From positions 41,914,001-41,978,000 of the forward strand of contig NC_087251.1 in NCBI RefSeq assembly GCF_037042905.1: a stretch of 64,000 nt of DNA, written 5' to 3'. Origin of the DNA: Lytechinus pictus. Its lineage: Eukaryota. Shown here piece by piece: positions 55,401 to 63,540 of this stretch; the first letter of the stretch is position 1, and every line of letters starts with the position of its first letter. A model generated the notes under the pieces. That model saw only the letters and a program-made list of their open reading frames with translations, ran no database searches and was not told where the DNA came from. The position numbers and the translations under genes were made by a program.

Positions 55401-58400
55401 AAGACCATTTCCCGCGTAGACAATGTGACCGGATATCGTTATCGCTATCGATACTTTCGCACGCAGTCCGAAGGAATTATTTTGGCGACCACGTAGTCAT
55501 GACGTGATCTGCGCGATTGGCCAATCAGCAGTCTCCGATTCGCTGAGCCGAGACGGTCTATTCGTTGTACACAGTCTATGGACAATTTGCCACTGTGAAA
55601 TATACAGTGTTGACGGGGGCGATTATGAGTTTTGCAGTCGCCCTCGTGTGAATGTTTTTAGCCCTTTTCCGGGGCTCTTTTTGGACTTTCCGGGGCGAAT
55701 TCGCCCGCCGCCCCCGTGTAATTTTTTGGTTGGTAATATAGCTACCCTAGGGCTAGGCGCTGCATAGACCAAAAGCTTCGGTCTCTGTTATGTTGGTTGT
55801 TCCGCTGAACTCCGTTGGCTCCACTCACCAAATACAGAGACCAAAGTTCTTGCTCGATCTGTACAGGGACTCAATGGCCATATGTTTATGTATTAAGTTC
55901 GGATAAAACAGGGAAGTGAAGTTGCGCGACAGCCGAAGTAGTCATTGTTTTTTCCCCCTTTTAAGTTTATTTTTCCCTGTTTTGGTGCATTTCAGGCCAA
56001 AACGGAATAATGATCTTTATTTTGGTAGTTCTTTTTATAAATCTTTATGAAAGAAAGACAAAAATTGATGAGCCCCGTCGGGGGAATTTGCATTGTTTAC
56101 CCCCTAATGGTGGCTGCACGATAGCGAGCCGTCTGTGCACGAGGAGAAATTTTTAAAAAATAAAATTTTCAAAAACAAACGGCTGCCAGCTGTCTAGGCG
56201 CTGCATAGACAGGAATAACCGTCGTTTCTGGGGATTTATTTAACAATTTCAGACATTTTACTATCATCCCCATTCACCGACGGTAGTGTGTTAGTGCAAG
56301 CCTGCATGTGTAATCAGAACCACCAATTCGGGCGACCGGGTTTTGTCTAGATTTTTTTTTTTTTTAATTCTAAATGACATTATATTATCTTGAACGAAGG
56401 CCCACTATTTTCGTTAGACTCTAATCTTTCTTTTGATACTATACCTAGTGCAAGAAAATATCTAAAATATACGTTACCGATGATTTATTCCTTATTTTTT
56501 TAATTTTTCTGCCGGAGAGGAAAAAATGGCAGCCGTGTGTTGCTGCCCTCTACGTTCAACGAGTTGTTCTTTTATCAAAGCTTTCCGATTAGAATTTTCG
56601 ATATCCTGGCCAATTTATGCGAGCGACAAGTTCCAAATGCGCGCACATCTACAAGCGCAAAGCAGCGGCACAAATCGCGATATATAGCGACTGGTAAATA
56701 CGTCTGTATGGATGATGACGTCATCCAAGATGGCAACTTACATTGACCAACAAAAGGATCGAAGATGACTATGTTTTTATCATCATTTGAAAGGAATTAG
56801 CAGTAACTCCGATCTATAAGGTACAATATTTCTTAATTCTATATATATTTTTGTAAATTTGATGTCATATCTTTTTTATAATGTGACATTTTATAAATTT
56901 ATGTATGATGGGGTGTCCAAACTTTGCGGACTTTTAAAAATATTCATGAGGCTTAAATTTGTTCACAAAATATTCATAATCTATACAAAACCAATTCAAT
57001 AAATAGTTACATTGACGGCAAGATCCTAAACTGTAAAATCATTGACGAAAATGTGAAGTAGGTCAAGGGGTTTTGGCGGTATCGCGATCTCAAAATTTAA
57101 TTCCGATCGACGAATGAGCGCTGTGCTGGAAAACCGTTCTGATAAAGTGTGACCCAACTTCGCGGACCAAAGTTTTTGTGGAGATTTAAACAAAAACTCA
57201 AGCTCAAAAGGTGAGATATTTATATCAGATTGACGACAAAATGCTATAGAATCAGTCAGTACCACATTTAACTCACATTTTTAAAGATATCTGCTTACAA
57301 AATGCTGATATCGTAATGCTTGTTGAGAATATTATCAGATTTCGTTGGAACGGGCGCTAACGGTGACAAATTTTGTCGATCTTTTCATGAATACTGAACT
57401 CATCCTAAAGAAACTTACACCAAAAGGTAATTTTAGTAGGGTGTCTAAAGCCACACTGAAAAGTGTCAGCATAAGACAGGCTGATTTAGGGGAAAATGTG
57501 GCACATTTTTTTCGGGAAGTTCAGGCTACTAGAAAAACGTGATCTGAATTGATTGTTAACTTGTGTTTGGCATGTATGGAAAGAGAAAATTCAGGGGCTT
57601 CTTTTGACAGTAAGGACAAGTTTATATGATCATTTGAATTAAGGATTTAGAGATAAATTGCAAACCCTTATTTTTGTGTGTGTTGAGATTGCCATTTCCC
57701 CATGCGTTTTCTATGGGAAAATGAAATTTTTGTTTTGCACATTTTTTTCACTTTGTCGCAATTTTTCATTGTGATCTGGTTTCCAAATCTTTATAAAAAT
57801 CATACCATCAGAAAGAGCATAAAAAATCCTATTGGACTCTTTATGGACAAGTTTTTGGCATTAATAATAAATTTATAACAGTGAACAGCTCTCGGAAGCT
57901 AAAAATTTGGATTTGTGTGTGTCCATTTCTTAACTACACAGTCTATGGCAGAGAAATGCTGAAAATTGACCTAATTTCATTCTTCTTTTTTGTAGCCAAT
58001 AATCAGATTTTTTTCAAAAATGTTACATTTCTGTCAGTCTGAAGGTCATTTCTCTTCAAATTCACAAAGAAAATGTGATATTTTCTTGAAATAAGAAAAA
58101 TAATATTTTTCTCCAGACACCCTAATTTTAGGTCGCTTTTCAAGTTGATGATGTAAGATTTTAAAGATATTGGCTAGTTTTTTAGATAATGACCGTCCGC
58201 GAAGTATGGACACGCGAAGTTTGAACTCGGTCACTCACTGCCATACAAAAAAACGATCTGAAAATCGGGTTTCCGCCGAATGTTAGATCTAACGTTACTG
58301 CTATTAGTATTACATTGCCTGTACGTACGGGTTAACAACTCTTCAGTCTATGTATTGGTGAGTGGAGCCAACGCAGTTCAGCGGAACAACCAAAATACAG

Positions 58401-58708
58401 AGTCAGAGACTGAAGCAGTTTTGCCTTTTGGTCTAGGGCTAGGCCTAGGCGCTGCAGCTGCACTGCGAAGAAATGCTACACAACCCGCACACACAAAACT
58501 TGATCAATGTCACAACTCACATCCGTCATCTCATCGCATGATTACAGTAAAATATCACAAGATACATGAATTGAAAACAGTAGGAGTGTAATATTTCTCA
58601 GGAAGAAATAATTATTTTTTCTACACCTACCTTTTCTAATGTAGAAGAAACTCCTCTTAGATGAAATTGAGGAATTTTCCTCAGTAGATTAGCTGACAGC
58701 ATCGCCAT
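10302..58708 (-). CDS. DLST: Dihydrolipoyllysine-residue succinyltransferase (OGDC E2), mitochondrial precursor; whole 15-exon gene span, spliced CDS 1428 nt / 475 aa
   Basis: Fifteen exons joined by hand with GT-AG boundaries and matching phases give one ORF: presequence, lipoyl domain ([12 protein letters not shown]...IETDK), Pro/Ala linker and catalytic domain ([34 protein letters not shown]). Confidence 0.96.
10858..11428. repeat. Degenerate (GAT)n microsatellite in DLST intron 14
   Basis: About 570 bp of gat/ggt/aat triplets with a repeated ggtgataatggtaataatcagt subunit. Confidence 0.95.
11442..11609 (-). CDS. DLST: DLST exon 14 ([56 protein letters not shown])
   Basis: Catalytic-domain motifs; 168 nt. 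Confidence 0.98.
11870..12320. repeat. Diverged tandem duplication, period about 200 bp, DLST intron 13
   Basis: cccacttcatgc...aacaataatcaattca at about 11946 and 12145. Confidence 0.75.
12465..12548 (-). CDS. DLST: DLST exon 13 ([28 protein letters not shown])
   Basis: Conserved GLVVPVLRN; 84 nt. Confidence 0.97.
13137..13204 (-). CDS. DLST: DLST exon 12 ([23 protein letters not shown])
   Basis: Conserved [14 protein letters not shown]; 68 nt. Confidence 0.97.
14225..14355 (-). CDS. DLST: DLST exon 11 ([43 protein letters not shown])
   Basis: [15 protein letters not shown] motif; 131 nt. Confidence 0.97.
14601..16615. mobile_element. hAT-like non-autonomous element with nested MITEs
   Basis: cagggttg ... 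caaccctg TIRs, 8-bp TSD attgttta on both sides, subterminal aaaacgtttt repeats. Confidence 0.85.
15493..16043. mobile_element. TTAA-flanked Kolobok-like MITE nested in hAT element
   Basis: ttaaaggtcaggtccacccc / ggggtggactgtcctttaa. Confidence 0.8.
16670..16815 (-). mobile_element. tRNA-derived SINE fragment
   Basis: Reverse-oriented tRNA-like head (gacgctctactaac) plus SINE body. Confidence 0.55.
17345..17657. mobile_element. Harbinger-type MITE
   Basis: cccgtattctgaagtc / gactccagaatacggg TIRs. Confidence 0.75.
17700..17920 (-). mobile_element. Possible decayed DIRS-like reverse transcriptase fragment
   Basis: Frameshifted FEALVYSL...LKVFNKV resembles the RT motif FxALPFGLxxAPxVFTKV. Confidence 0.3.
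18294..18610. mobile_element. Two adjacent small Harbinger-type MITEs
   Basis: Right ends gatgaaacactcccc and ttatgaaaccggacc; the first resembles 16909-17078. Confidence 0.55.
18634..18731 (-). CDS. DLST: DLST exon 10 ([33 protein letters not shown])
   Basis: Highly conserved E2o segment; 98 nt. Confidence 0.97.
18740..19312. mobile_element. Decayed TTAA-type MITE
   Basis: cccctttaa right end; shares aaaacagttatatgcacat with the 899-1501 family. Confidence 0.6.
19965..20041 (-). CDS. DLST: DLST exon 9 ([25 protein letters not shown])
   Basis: RSEQR leads into VKMSRMR; tttctacag| and AGG|gtaag; 77 nt. Confidence 0.92.
20184..20395 (+). mobile_element. tRNA-derived SINE
   Basis: Decayed A box, B box gggttcaaatccc, body tgctgcactcaacccaggtg...aatgggtac. 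Confidence 0.7.
22900..27250 (+). mobile_element. Possible ancient DIRS-like retroelement relic (RT, RNase H and tyrosine recombinase traces) interrupted by MITEs
   Basis: Collinear decayed motifs: GRL..AW.IG.D (about 22943), LG.... (about 23561), KQIMVET...GG (about 24040), FRKWC (about 25020), FY-KD (about 27196); many stops and frameshifts. Confidence 0.35.
27690..27945 (-). mobile_element. tRNA-derived SINE
   Basis: ggattcgaac B box in reverse orientation and a typical SINE body. Confidence 0.6.
28021..28188 (-). CDS. DLST: DLST exon 8, Pro/Ala-rich linker ([24 protein letters not shown]...ITSKP)
   Basis: Typical E2 flexible linker; phase 1 to 1; 168 nt. Confidence 0.92.
29675..29783 (-). 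CDS. DLST: DLST exon 7 ([36 protein letters not shown])
   Basis: C-terminal half of lipoyl domain; GT-AG bounded; 109 nt. Confidence 0.95.
30150..31190 (-). mobile_element. Possible decayed DIRS-like fragment (FPP-motif region then recombinase N-terminus)
   Basis: [23 protein letters not shown] resembles DIRS YAFPPxxLIxxxLxKI...LIAP; KW trace downstream. Confidence 0.3.
31396..31451 (-). CDS. DLST: DLST exon 6 ([19 protein letters not shown]), contains lipoyl-lysine
   Basis: ETDK lipoylation motif; tttgcag| and AAG|gtatt; 56 nt. Confidence 0.96.
35190..35600 (+). mobile_element. Decayed DIRS-like reverse transcriptase N-terminal region
   Basis: [16 protein letters not shown], GVYSRx[11 protein letters not shown] occur in the order expected for DIRS RT (PVGGRL, GYxLPF, EI, GFYSRLF, SIxxxLxxGDW). 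Confidence 0.45.
38180..38254 (-). CDS. DLST: DLST exon 5 ([24 protein letters not shown])
   Basis: Start of lipoyl domain; tttcag| and G|gtaag; 75 nt. Confidence 0.95.
38272..40342. mobile_element. Helentron-associated (HINE-like) element with internal tandem repeats of about 155 bp
   Basis: Subterminal agctcatc motif near one end; hairpin agctcatctggcccttcgggccggatgagct plus A run at the other; repeated gcataaattagcata units. Confidence 0.7.
39077..39676. mobile_element. TTAA-flanked Kolobok-like MITE nested in HINE-like element
   Basis: ttaaaggacaagtccacccc / ggggtggacttgacctttaa; closely similar to 899-1501. Confidence 0.85.
40604..40686 (-). CDS. DLST: DLST exon 4 ([27 protein letters not shown]), 83 nt
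   Basis: Pyrimidine tract plus aag| acceptor, A|gtaagt donor, phase 2 to 1; KGIHTS resembles a presequence cleavage motif. Confidence 0.75.
40687..41130. repeat. Three diverged tandem copies (about 150-190 bp) overlapping the exon 4 acceptor region
   Basis: agaagttg(g/t)ttgagcagaga at about 40693, 40880 and 41026. Confidence 0.8.
41830..42130 (+). mobile_element. Possible decayed DIRS-like tyrosine recombinase fragment
   Basis: [13 protein letters not shown] resembles PFEPLxxxxLxxL; weak. Confidence 0.25.
42366..42429 (-). CDS. DLST: DLST exon 3 ([22 protein letters not shown]), 64 nt
   Basis: ttttatttttcaag| acceptor, AG|gtata donor, phase 1 to 2, open frame bridging exons 2 and 4. Confidence 0.7.
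43046..43729. mobile_element. TTAA-flanked Kolobok-like MITE hosting a SINE insertion
   Basis: ttaaaggagaagttcac / gtgaattttccctttaa. Confidence 0.8.
43200..43387 (-). mobile_element. SINE-like element with 7SL (Alu-domain)-like head, B box, Meta-like body and (CA)n tail
   Basis: Minus strand reads GGGCATTGTGGCATGTGCCTGTAATCCAAGCT...GGTTCGAGCCC...GTCTTTCAGATGGTGACGTTAAAGG...CACACAC. Confidence 0.7.
43923..43956 (-). CDS. DLST: DLST exon 2 ([11 protein letters not shown]), 34 nt
   Basis: ctttgtag| acceptor, G|gtaag donor, phase 0 to 1, open frame. Confidence 0.75.
44480..45730 (-). mobile_element. Possible internally deleted DNA transposon with acidic N-terminal ORF remnant (45210-45443)
   Basis: CpG-rich interior, short imperfect inverted ends gagttacccaaa / tttggcaactc, acidic [11 protein letters not shown] peptide; superfamily unclear. 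Confidence 0.3.
45741..46076. repeat. 336-bp palindromic element with two divergent tRNA-like copies
   Basis: Arms of about 160 bp are near-perfect reverse complements. Confidence 0.92.
45903..45971 (+). pseudogene. tRNA-like sequence (pseudo-tRNA or SINE head; consensus anticodon UCA)
   Basis: Acceptor GTCTCTG/CAGAGAC, A box TGGTCTAGTGG, T arm CCGGG/CCCGG, T6 terminator; anticodon stem partly deleted in this copy. Confidence 0.7.
46919..49006 (+). mobile_element. HINE-like element with tgacctttgacc tandem repeats (outer element)
   Basis: Subterminal IR gtctcgcctgcat / atgcaggcgagac; repeat units of about 155-190 bp. Confidence 0.8.
47471..48580 (+). mobile_element. HINE-like element nested in a related copy
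   Basis: acaagtggaatgcctctgg start, IR gtctcacctgcat / atgcaggtgagac, A-run end. Confidence 0.85.
49596..49862 (+). repeat. About 265-bp segment repeated directly at 55765-56030 and partly inverted at 58345-58436
   Basis: tagaccaaaagcttcg...ccgctgaactccgttggctccac shared by the copies. Confidence 0.85.
50040..50990 (+). mobile_element. HINE-like element, near-identical to 47471-48580 but about one unit shorter
   Basis: Same termini and internal units. Confidence 0.85.
53106..54565. mobile_element. TTAA-flanked Kolobok-like deletion derivative (1.46 kb)
   Basis: TIR ttaaagttgaattaagaag / cttcttaattcaactttaa; internal IR gagtgtgacgtcaccgggggg; possible broken THAP-like start on the minus strand near 53690-53780. 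Confidence 0.75.
54662..55749. mobile_element. hAT-like non-autonomous element
   Basis: caaccaaaaaattac / gtaattttttggttg inverted ends, gctacccta terminus, subterminal tttcc(a/g)gggc repeats. Confidence 0.65.
58631..58708 (-). CDS. DLST: DLST exon 1 ([26 protein letters not shown]), mitochondrial targeting peptide start
   Basis: ATG in gaaATGG context, Arg/Ser/Leu-rich peptide, phase-0 donor AAG|gtagg matching exon 2; assigned by phase and composition, not homology. Confidence 0.75.
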
Positions 58709-59179
58709 TTCAATAGGTTCAAGTTGCCAATCAGACACCGATATATTACTTTAGTATAATATTTTCACCTGATAAATCACATTAATCATTTTAGTAATGA
58801 AAATAAATTATTTATAATAAAAAAATATTTTTAAATATAGAAATAGATAAATTAAGAGGAAAAAGAAGTGTCTTTACCCTCTAAATTTATTATCTAGTGA
58901 ATGAATCGATTTTTTCAATTTGGCTGTAGACTTTAAATTAGGTGTTTTTATACTATGATTGTGATAGCTGAATATAATGCTACTAGTATACGTAGCTTAT
59001 CACACAAAAATTCTAGCTTAAGACTATTTCCAAAGCGATCGTGCAATACTGTACAATTATTGCATTTAACGATATTTTGAGAAGGGTATTTCAACTGGTC
59101 GTGGTGGTGCAGCTGTTTATTCCCTAAGTTATTTTTTGTCTGACTCGGACTCTGAGTATTGTCTTTATATATCGTCATA
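58709..59179. promoter_or_regulatory. DLST promoter region, possibly bidirectional; CCAAT-like motif gccaatcag at 58726-58734
   Basis: Non-repetitive AT-rich gap between the DLST ATG and a candidate divergent ATG. Confidence 0.4.
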
Positions 59180-59232
59180 ATGGATGAACATGTAAGACTA
59201 AGGAGATGGAATTCTGAGAAACCGGATGTCTA
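59180..59232 (+). CDS. Possible first coding exon of an unidentified divergent gene (MDEHVRLRRWNSEKPDV)
   Basis: ataATGG start and TA|gtaag donor, head-to-head with DLST exon 1; no homology recognised. Confidence 0.3.
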
Positions 59233-59463
59233 GTAAGAAAACAGATAATTTAAGAAAGCTAATATTAACGCAAAAAAATGATGCAGCAGACACCCTTTTT
59301 CGTCACCGAGTCACGGGCAATTTCATACAGCTCGAGACGGGGCTTGAGCGGGGGCGCGGGCACTGCTCATGACCACGTCTCGGCTCCTGATGCCTGGGCC
59401 GCGATGCCCATGGCCGTAATGCTAATCATAATGACATGTCATGGCCCAGGAATTCAGAAGAAG

Positions 59464-59999
59464 CAGTGGCCGCGGAAAGGTTTTCAAAGTGGGGGGGGGG
59501 CCGGGGCTGACCATGCAAAAAATCACAATCGTATGGTCATTTTTACGCTTTTGTACATGGTTTTGGAAAAAAGGGGGGGGAGGGGCTGAAGCCCCCCCCC
59601 CCGCTTATGGCGCGCCGTTTGACCAATAATTCAGATAAACACTGTTTATCGCCGATAAACAGTGTTTATCGCCGAAAAACACTGTTTATCGAGCGATAAA
59701 CACTGTTTATCAAGCGATAAACACTGTTTATCGAGAGAAACTATGTTTATCGACTGAAAAACACAGTTTCTCTCGATAAACAGTGTTTATCGCTTGATAA
59801 ACATTGTTTATCGCCGATAAACAGTGTTTTTCGGCGATAAACACTGTTTATCGAGAGAAACTGTGTTTTTCAGTCGATAAACATAGTTTCTCTCGGTAAA
59901 CAGTGTTTATCGCTTGATAAACAGTGTTTTTCGGCGATAAACACTGTTTATCTGAATTATTGGTCAAACGGCGCGCCATACCCGCTTCCGCGGCCCCTG
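59464..59999. mobile_element. Small TIR element (cagtggccgcggaa / ttccgcggcccctg) with 5-bp TSD agaag
   Basis: TIRs and TSD read directly. Confidence 0.75.
59606..59980. mobile_element. TA-flanked foldback MITE made of cgataaaca(c/g)tgtttatcg palindromic units
   Basis: Perfect TIRs tggcgcgccgtttgaccaataattcagataaaca, TA at both ends, nested in 59464-59999. Confidence 0.88.
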
Positions 60000-61035
60000 A
60001 GAAGGGCAGGGGCGAAGCAAATAAATGCTAATCCAGTGGTCACTTTTTGCTTTGTTTCTAATGTATAGACCCTGCTAGCTAGGTAGGCCTATACTATAGA
60101 CTGTAATCTGTATGGAAGCTGGCCTGATACTGAAAGTGATACGTCATAAGATTAAGAATGATATTACTTAGTTAGACTCTCGACTATATTAAGTTATAAC
60201 CGTGATAACGGCTCCTGGCCCAGACAAATATGAGACAGACAGACCCAAACACTAGTGTCGTCTCACTCTCAGAGTCAGAGTATAGATCTAATATCATCAG
60301 TGACAGCATGCACTTGGTCTTGATGAAAATGAAATGAGCAAAAAACATTTTTTTTTTAATTGAGAGTGAGGCCAGTGTAACTAGGGAGTAGGGCCTAGGG
60401 GTTTACATTTTTTGTGGGGGGGGGGGGCAAAGTGAGCGAAGATATTGCTGATCCTGTTAGAAATGGAAATTTAATTTTGTGAAAGAATTTTACATAGACC
60501 CTTACTTTAGTATTGAGAAAGTTTATTTTTACTCCTAAGTTTCATTTTTTCCCTGTTATTTATTTATTTATTTTTTTTTTTGGGGGGGGGCATGGAACTT
60601 AGGGGATCAATTAAAGGCCCCCCCATCTATACAGAAATGAATAGGATCTAGTTCCTCAATGTTAGAAGGAGGATGAATTTCGGACATGCCTCCAGAAAAA
60701 CTTATACTTGGGGAAAAATGTAAATCAAAGAATAAGATTAAAAATGAAATTAGATATGAGAAAAATTGAGTAGACAAAAGTATGAGGCATTTAATGTCGA
60801 AGATGCTAAAATTTGTCAAGAAGTGTAAAAAAAAAGATAAATAAGATGGAAAAAAGACAAGAAAGAGTGAAAAAAGTGTACAAATGCCCCTATAATTTAA
60901 TATATGAGCTTCCACCCTGCAATGACTAAGCAAATGCAATCTATTATTAGAGCATCGGTGGTAGTATTTGTCTCATCCACCAGCACTAACATCTAGCCAC
61001 CTAACTTGCCAACAAAACAATTACCGAGCATTTTC

Positions 61036-62339
61036 TTGTCTCACCTGCAGAGACTAGGCGCCGCTTTTTCGACGGCGGCGTCAACACCAAATCTTAACCA
61101 AAGGTTAAGTTTTTGAAATGACAGCAGAACTTAGAAAGTATATGGACCTAGTTCATGAAACTTGGCCATAAGGTTAATCAAGTATTACTAAATATCCTGC
61201 CTGAGTTTTAGGACACATGACCAAGGTCAAAGGTCATTTAGGGTCAATGAACTTAGACCATGTTGGGGGAATCAACATCAAAATCTTAACCTAAGGTTAA
61301 GTTTTTGAATTGTCACCATAACTTTGAAAATATATGGACCTAGTTCATGAAACTTGAACATAAGATTAATCAAGTATTACTAAACATCCTGCTTGAGTTT
61401 CACATCACATGACTAAGGTCAAAGGTCATTTAGGGTCTATGAACTTTGGCCAAATTGGGGGTATCCGTTGAATTACCATCATAACTTCGAAAGTTTATGG
61501 AACTGATTCATGAAACTTGAACATAAGAGTAATCAAGTATCACTGAACATCCCGTGCAAGTCACATGATTAAGGTCAAAGGTCAATGAACTTTGGCCATA
61601 ATGGGGGTATCTGTTGAATTACCATCATAACTTTTGAAAGGTTATGGATCTGACTCATGAAATTTGGACATAAGAGTAATCAAGTATCACTAAACATCCT
61701 GTGCGAGTTTCAGGTCACATGATCAAGGTCAAAGGTCATGTAAGGTCAATGAACTTTGGCCATGTTTTTTTTTGGTTGAATTACCATCATATCTCTGTAA
61801 GTGTATTGGTCTAGATCATAAAATGTGGACAAAAGAGTAACCAAGTATCACTGAACATCTTGTGCGAGTTTCAGGTCACATGACCAAGGTCAAAGGTCAA
61901 TTTATATTGGCCATGTTGGGGGTATTTGTTGAATTACCATCATAACTCTGTAAGTATATTGGTCTAGTTCATAAAACTTGGACATAAGAGTCGTCAAGAA
62001 TCACTGAACATCTCATGCCAGTTTCAGGTCACATGACCAAAGTCAAAGGTCATTTAAGGTCATTGAACTTTGGCCATTTTAGAGGTAATTATAAGATAGC
62101 TGTCATAACTTTCAAAGTTTCTAGATATATTGTATAAAATGTGGATATAGGGGTAATCAAGTATCACTGACAATTTTTAGGTCACATGATCAAGGTCAAA
62201 TGTCAATGAACGTAGTATTGTATCATTATATGAATGGTGTTTTTTGTGAATAATTATTTTATAGTAGTTTTCAAAGTCAGCACTGCTGCTATATTGAATC
62301 GCGTGATGCAGGTGAGAGCGCCAGAGGCATTCCACTTGT
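61036..62339 (-). mobile_element. HINE-like element (same family as 47471-48580), inverted
   Basis: Reverse-complement termini and ggtcaaaggtca units. Confidence 0.85.
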
Positions 62340-62419
62340 CTACTTTTGAGTTCTCAACACCAAGTGTCTACTGAGGAGACTACTATAGGGCATGAAACAG
62401 GCCCAAAACGAACAACAAC

Positions 62420-63540
62420 AACAATATAGTAAATAGTGGTTGTAAAATATGAGCTGTGATTGGCTAGATTGGTACCACGTGACCTCCCTTCAAAAAAATA
62501 TATTGTACATATGCACAATATATAAACTTTCAATTTTGGAGGGTAAAACCCGTATTAAATGAATGGGGAGAATATTGATCAATGGCAATGCGCATTATAA
62601 CCAGTAAGCCCTGCGCGTCTGCATTTACTGAGCACATGCAATGCGTTGGATGTTAATTTTTATAGTGACGTCACCTTTTCCTGACCCGTGCAAGGTACAT
62701 TATGAACGGTACATTTTGGATGGTACGTGTGCAACGGTACGAATGTTTGACATTCAGCCTCCCATTTGCTCGCGTACAACAATCTAAGTAGGCATTGTAC
62801 AATTTGCTATAATAAATAGTGAACGTTCTATTATACAATATTACTGGACTATATGAACTCCAAATATTAAATTATCCCTCGTGCAGGTCTATTTCATATA
62901 AATAAACCCGCACTCGGGATAATTTTACATTTGTAGTACATATAATCCAGTATATTAGATAGCCAAGCACGATTGGTCCATAGCGCGTCACGTGATATGA
63001 TCGAAATCAATGTATTTTCCCAGCTGGTCCACCTTCGATGAATATATTGACCAACCGGTCCATGAATATATTTATCTACGTGTATGGCGCCCACTTGTGG
63101 ATTAGATGTTACCAATTACACAGAAATAAAATATGTGGGACTAAAGTAGCGATCGTTTGTAATTGATCAACACTCGATATCAATAAATTTTTCGAACCGG
63201 ACCGCGAAATTTAAGTGAGTCCGACAATGACAACTAGGAGCCTACTACGAGTTAGGTTCAACGTTAGGCCTTCTTCAGTTACTAAAATGGAGCCTAACTT
63301 AATTGTGTAACGTTAAACAGGAATAACCGTTATTTCTGAAATTCTGGGGATTTATATAACAATTTCTGGATAGATCTTTGACTTTGTACCGGTATTGAAT
63401 AGTGGAGCCAATGTTTTTAGCAGTTTTGAAACTTTTATAGTTTTGGATTTGGCCTAGGATCTAACGTTAACGTCAAAATTTATGGTGATGTCTGATGAGG
63501 AAAAAGATAAGCTTTTGGACGATAAAATTGGGTATTTAGA
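62420..63540. mobile_element. Possible Crypton-like or other decayed DNA element
   Basis: Internal short inverted motifs; MSDEEKDKLLDDK peptide at about 63488; a stretch shared with 56210-56250; weak. Confidence 0.25.

Noticed and set aside
59633..59952. CRISPR-like array of short palindromic repeats
   Set aside because: There are no unique spacers or cas genes, the context is eukaryotic, and the array is enclosed by TIRs and TA.
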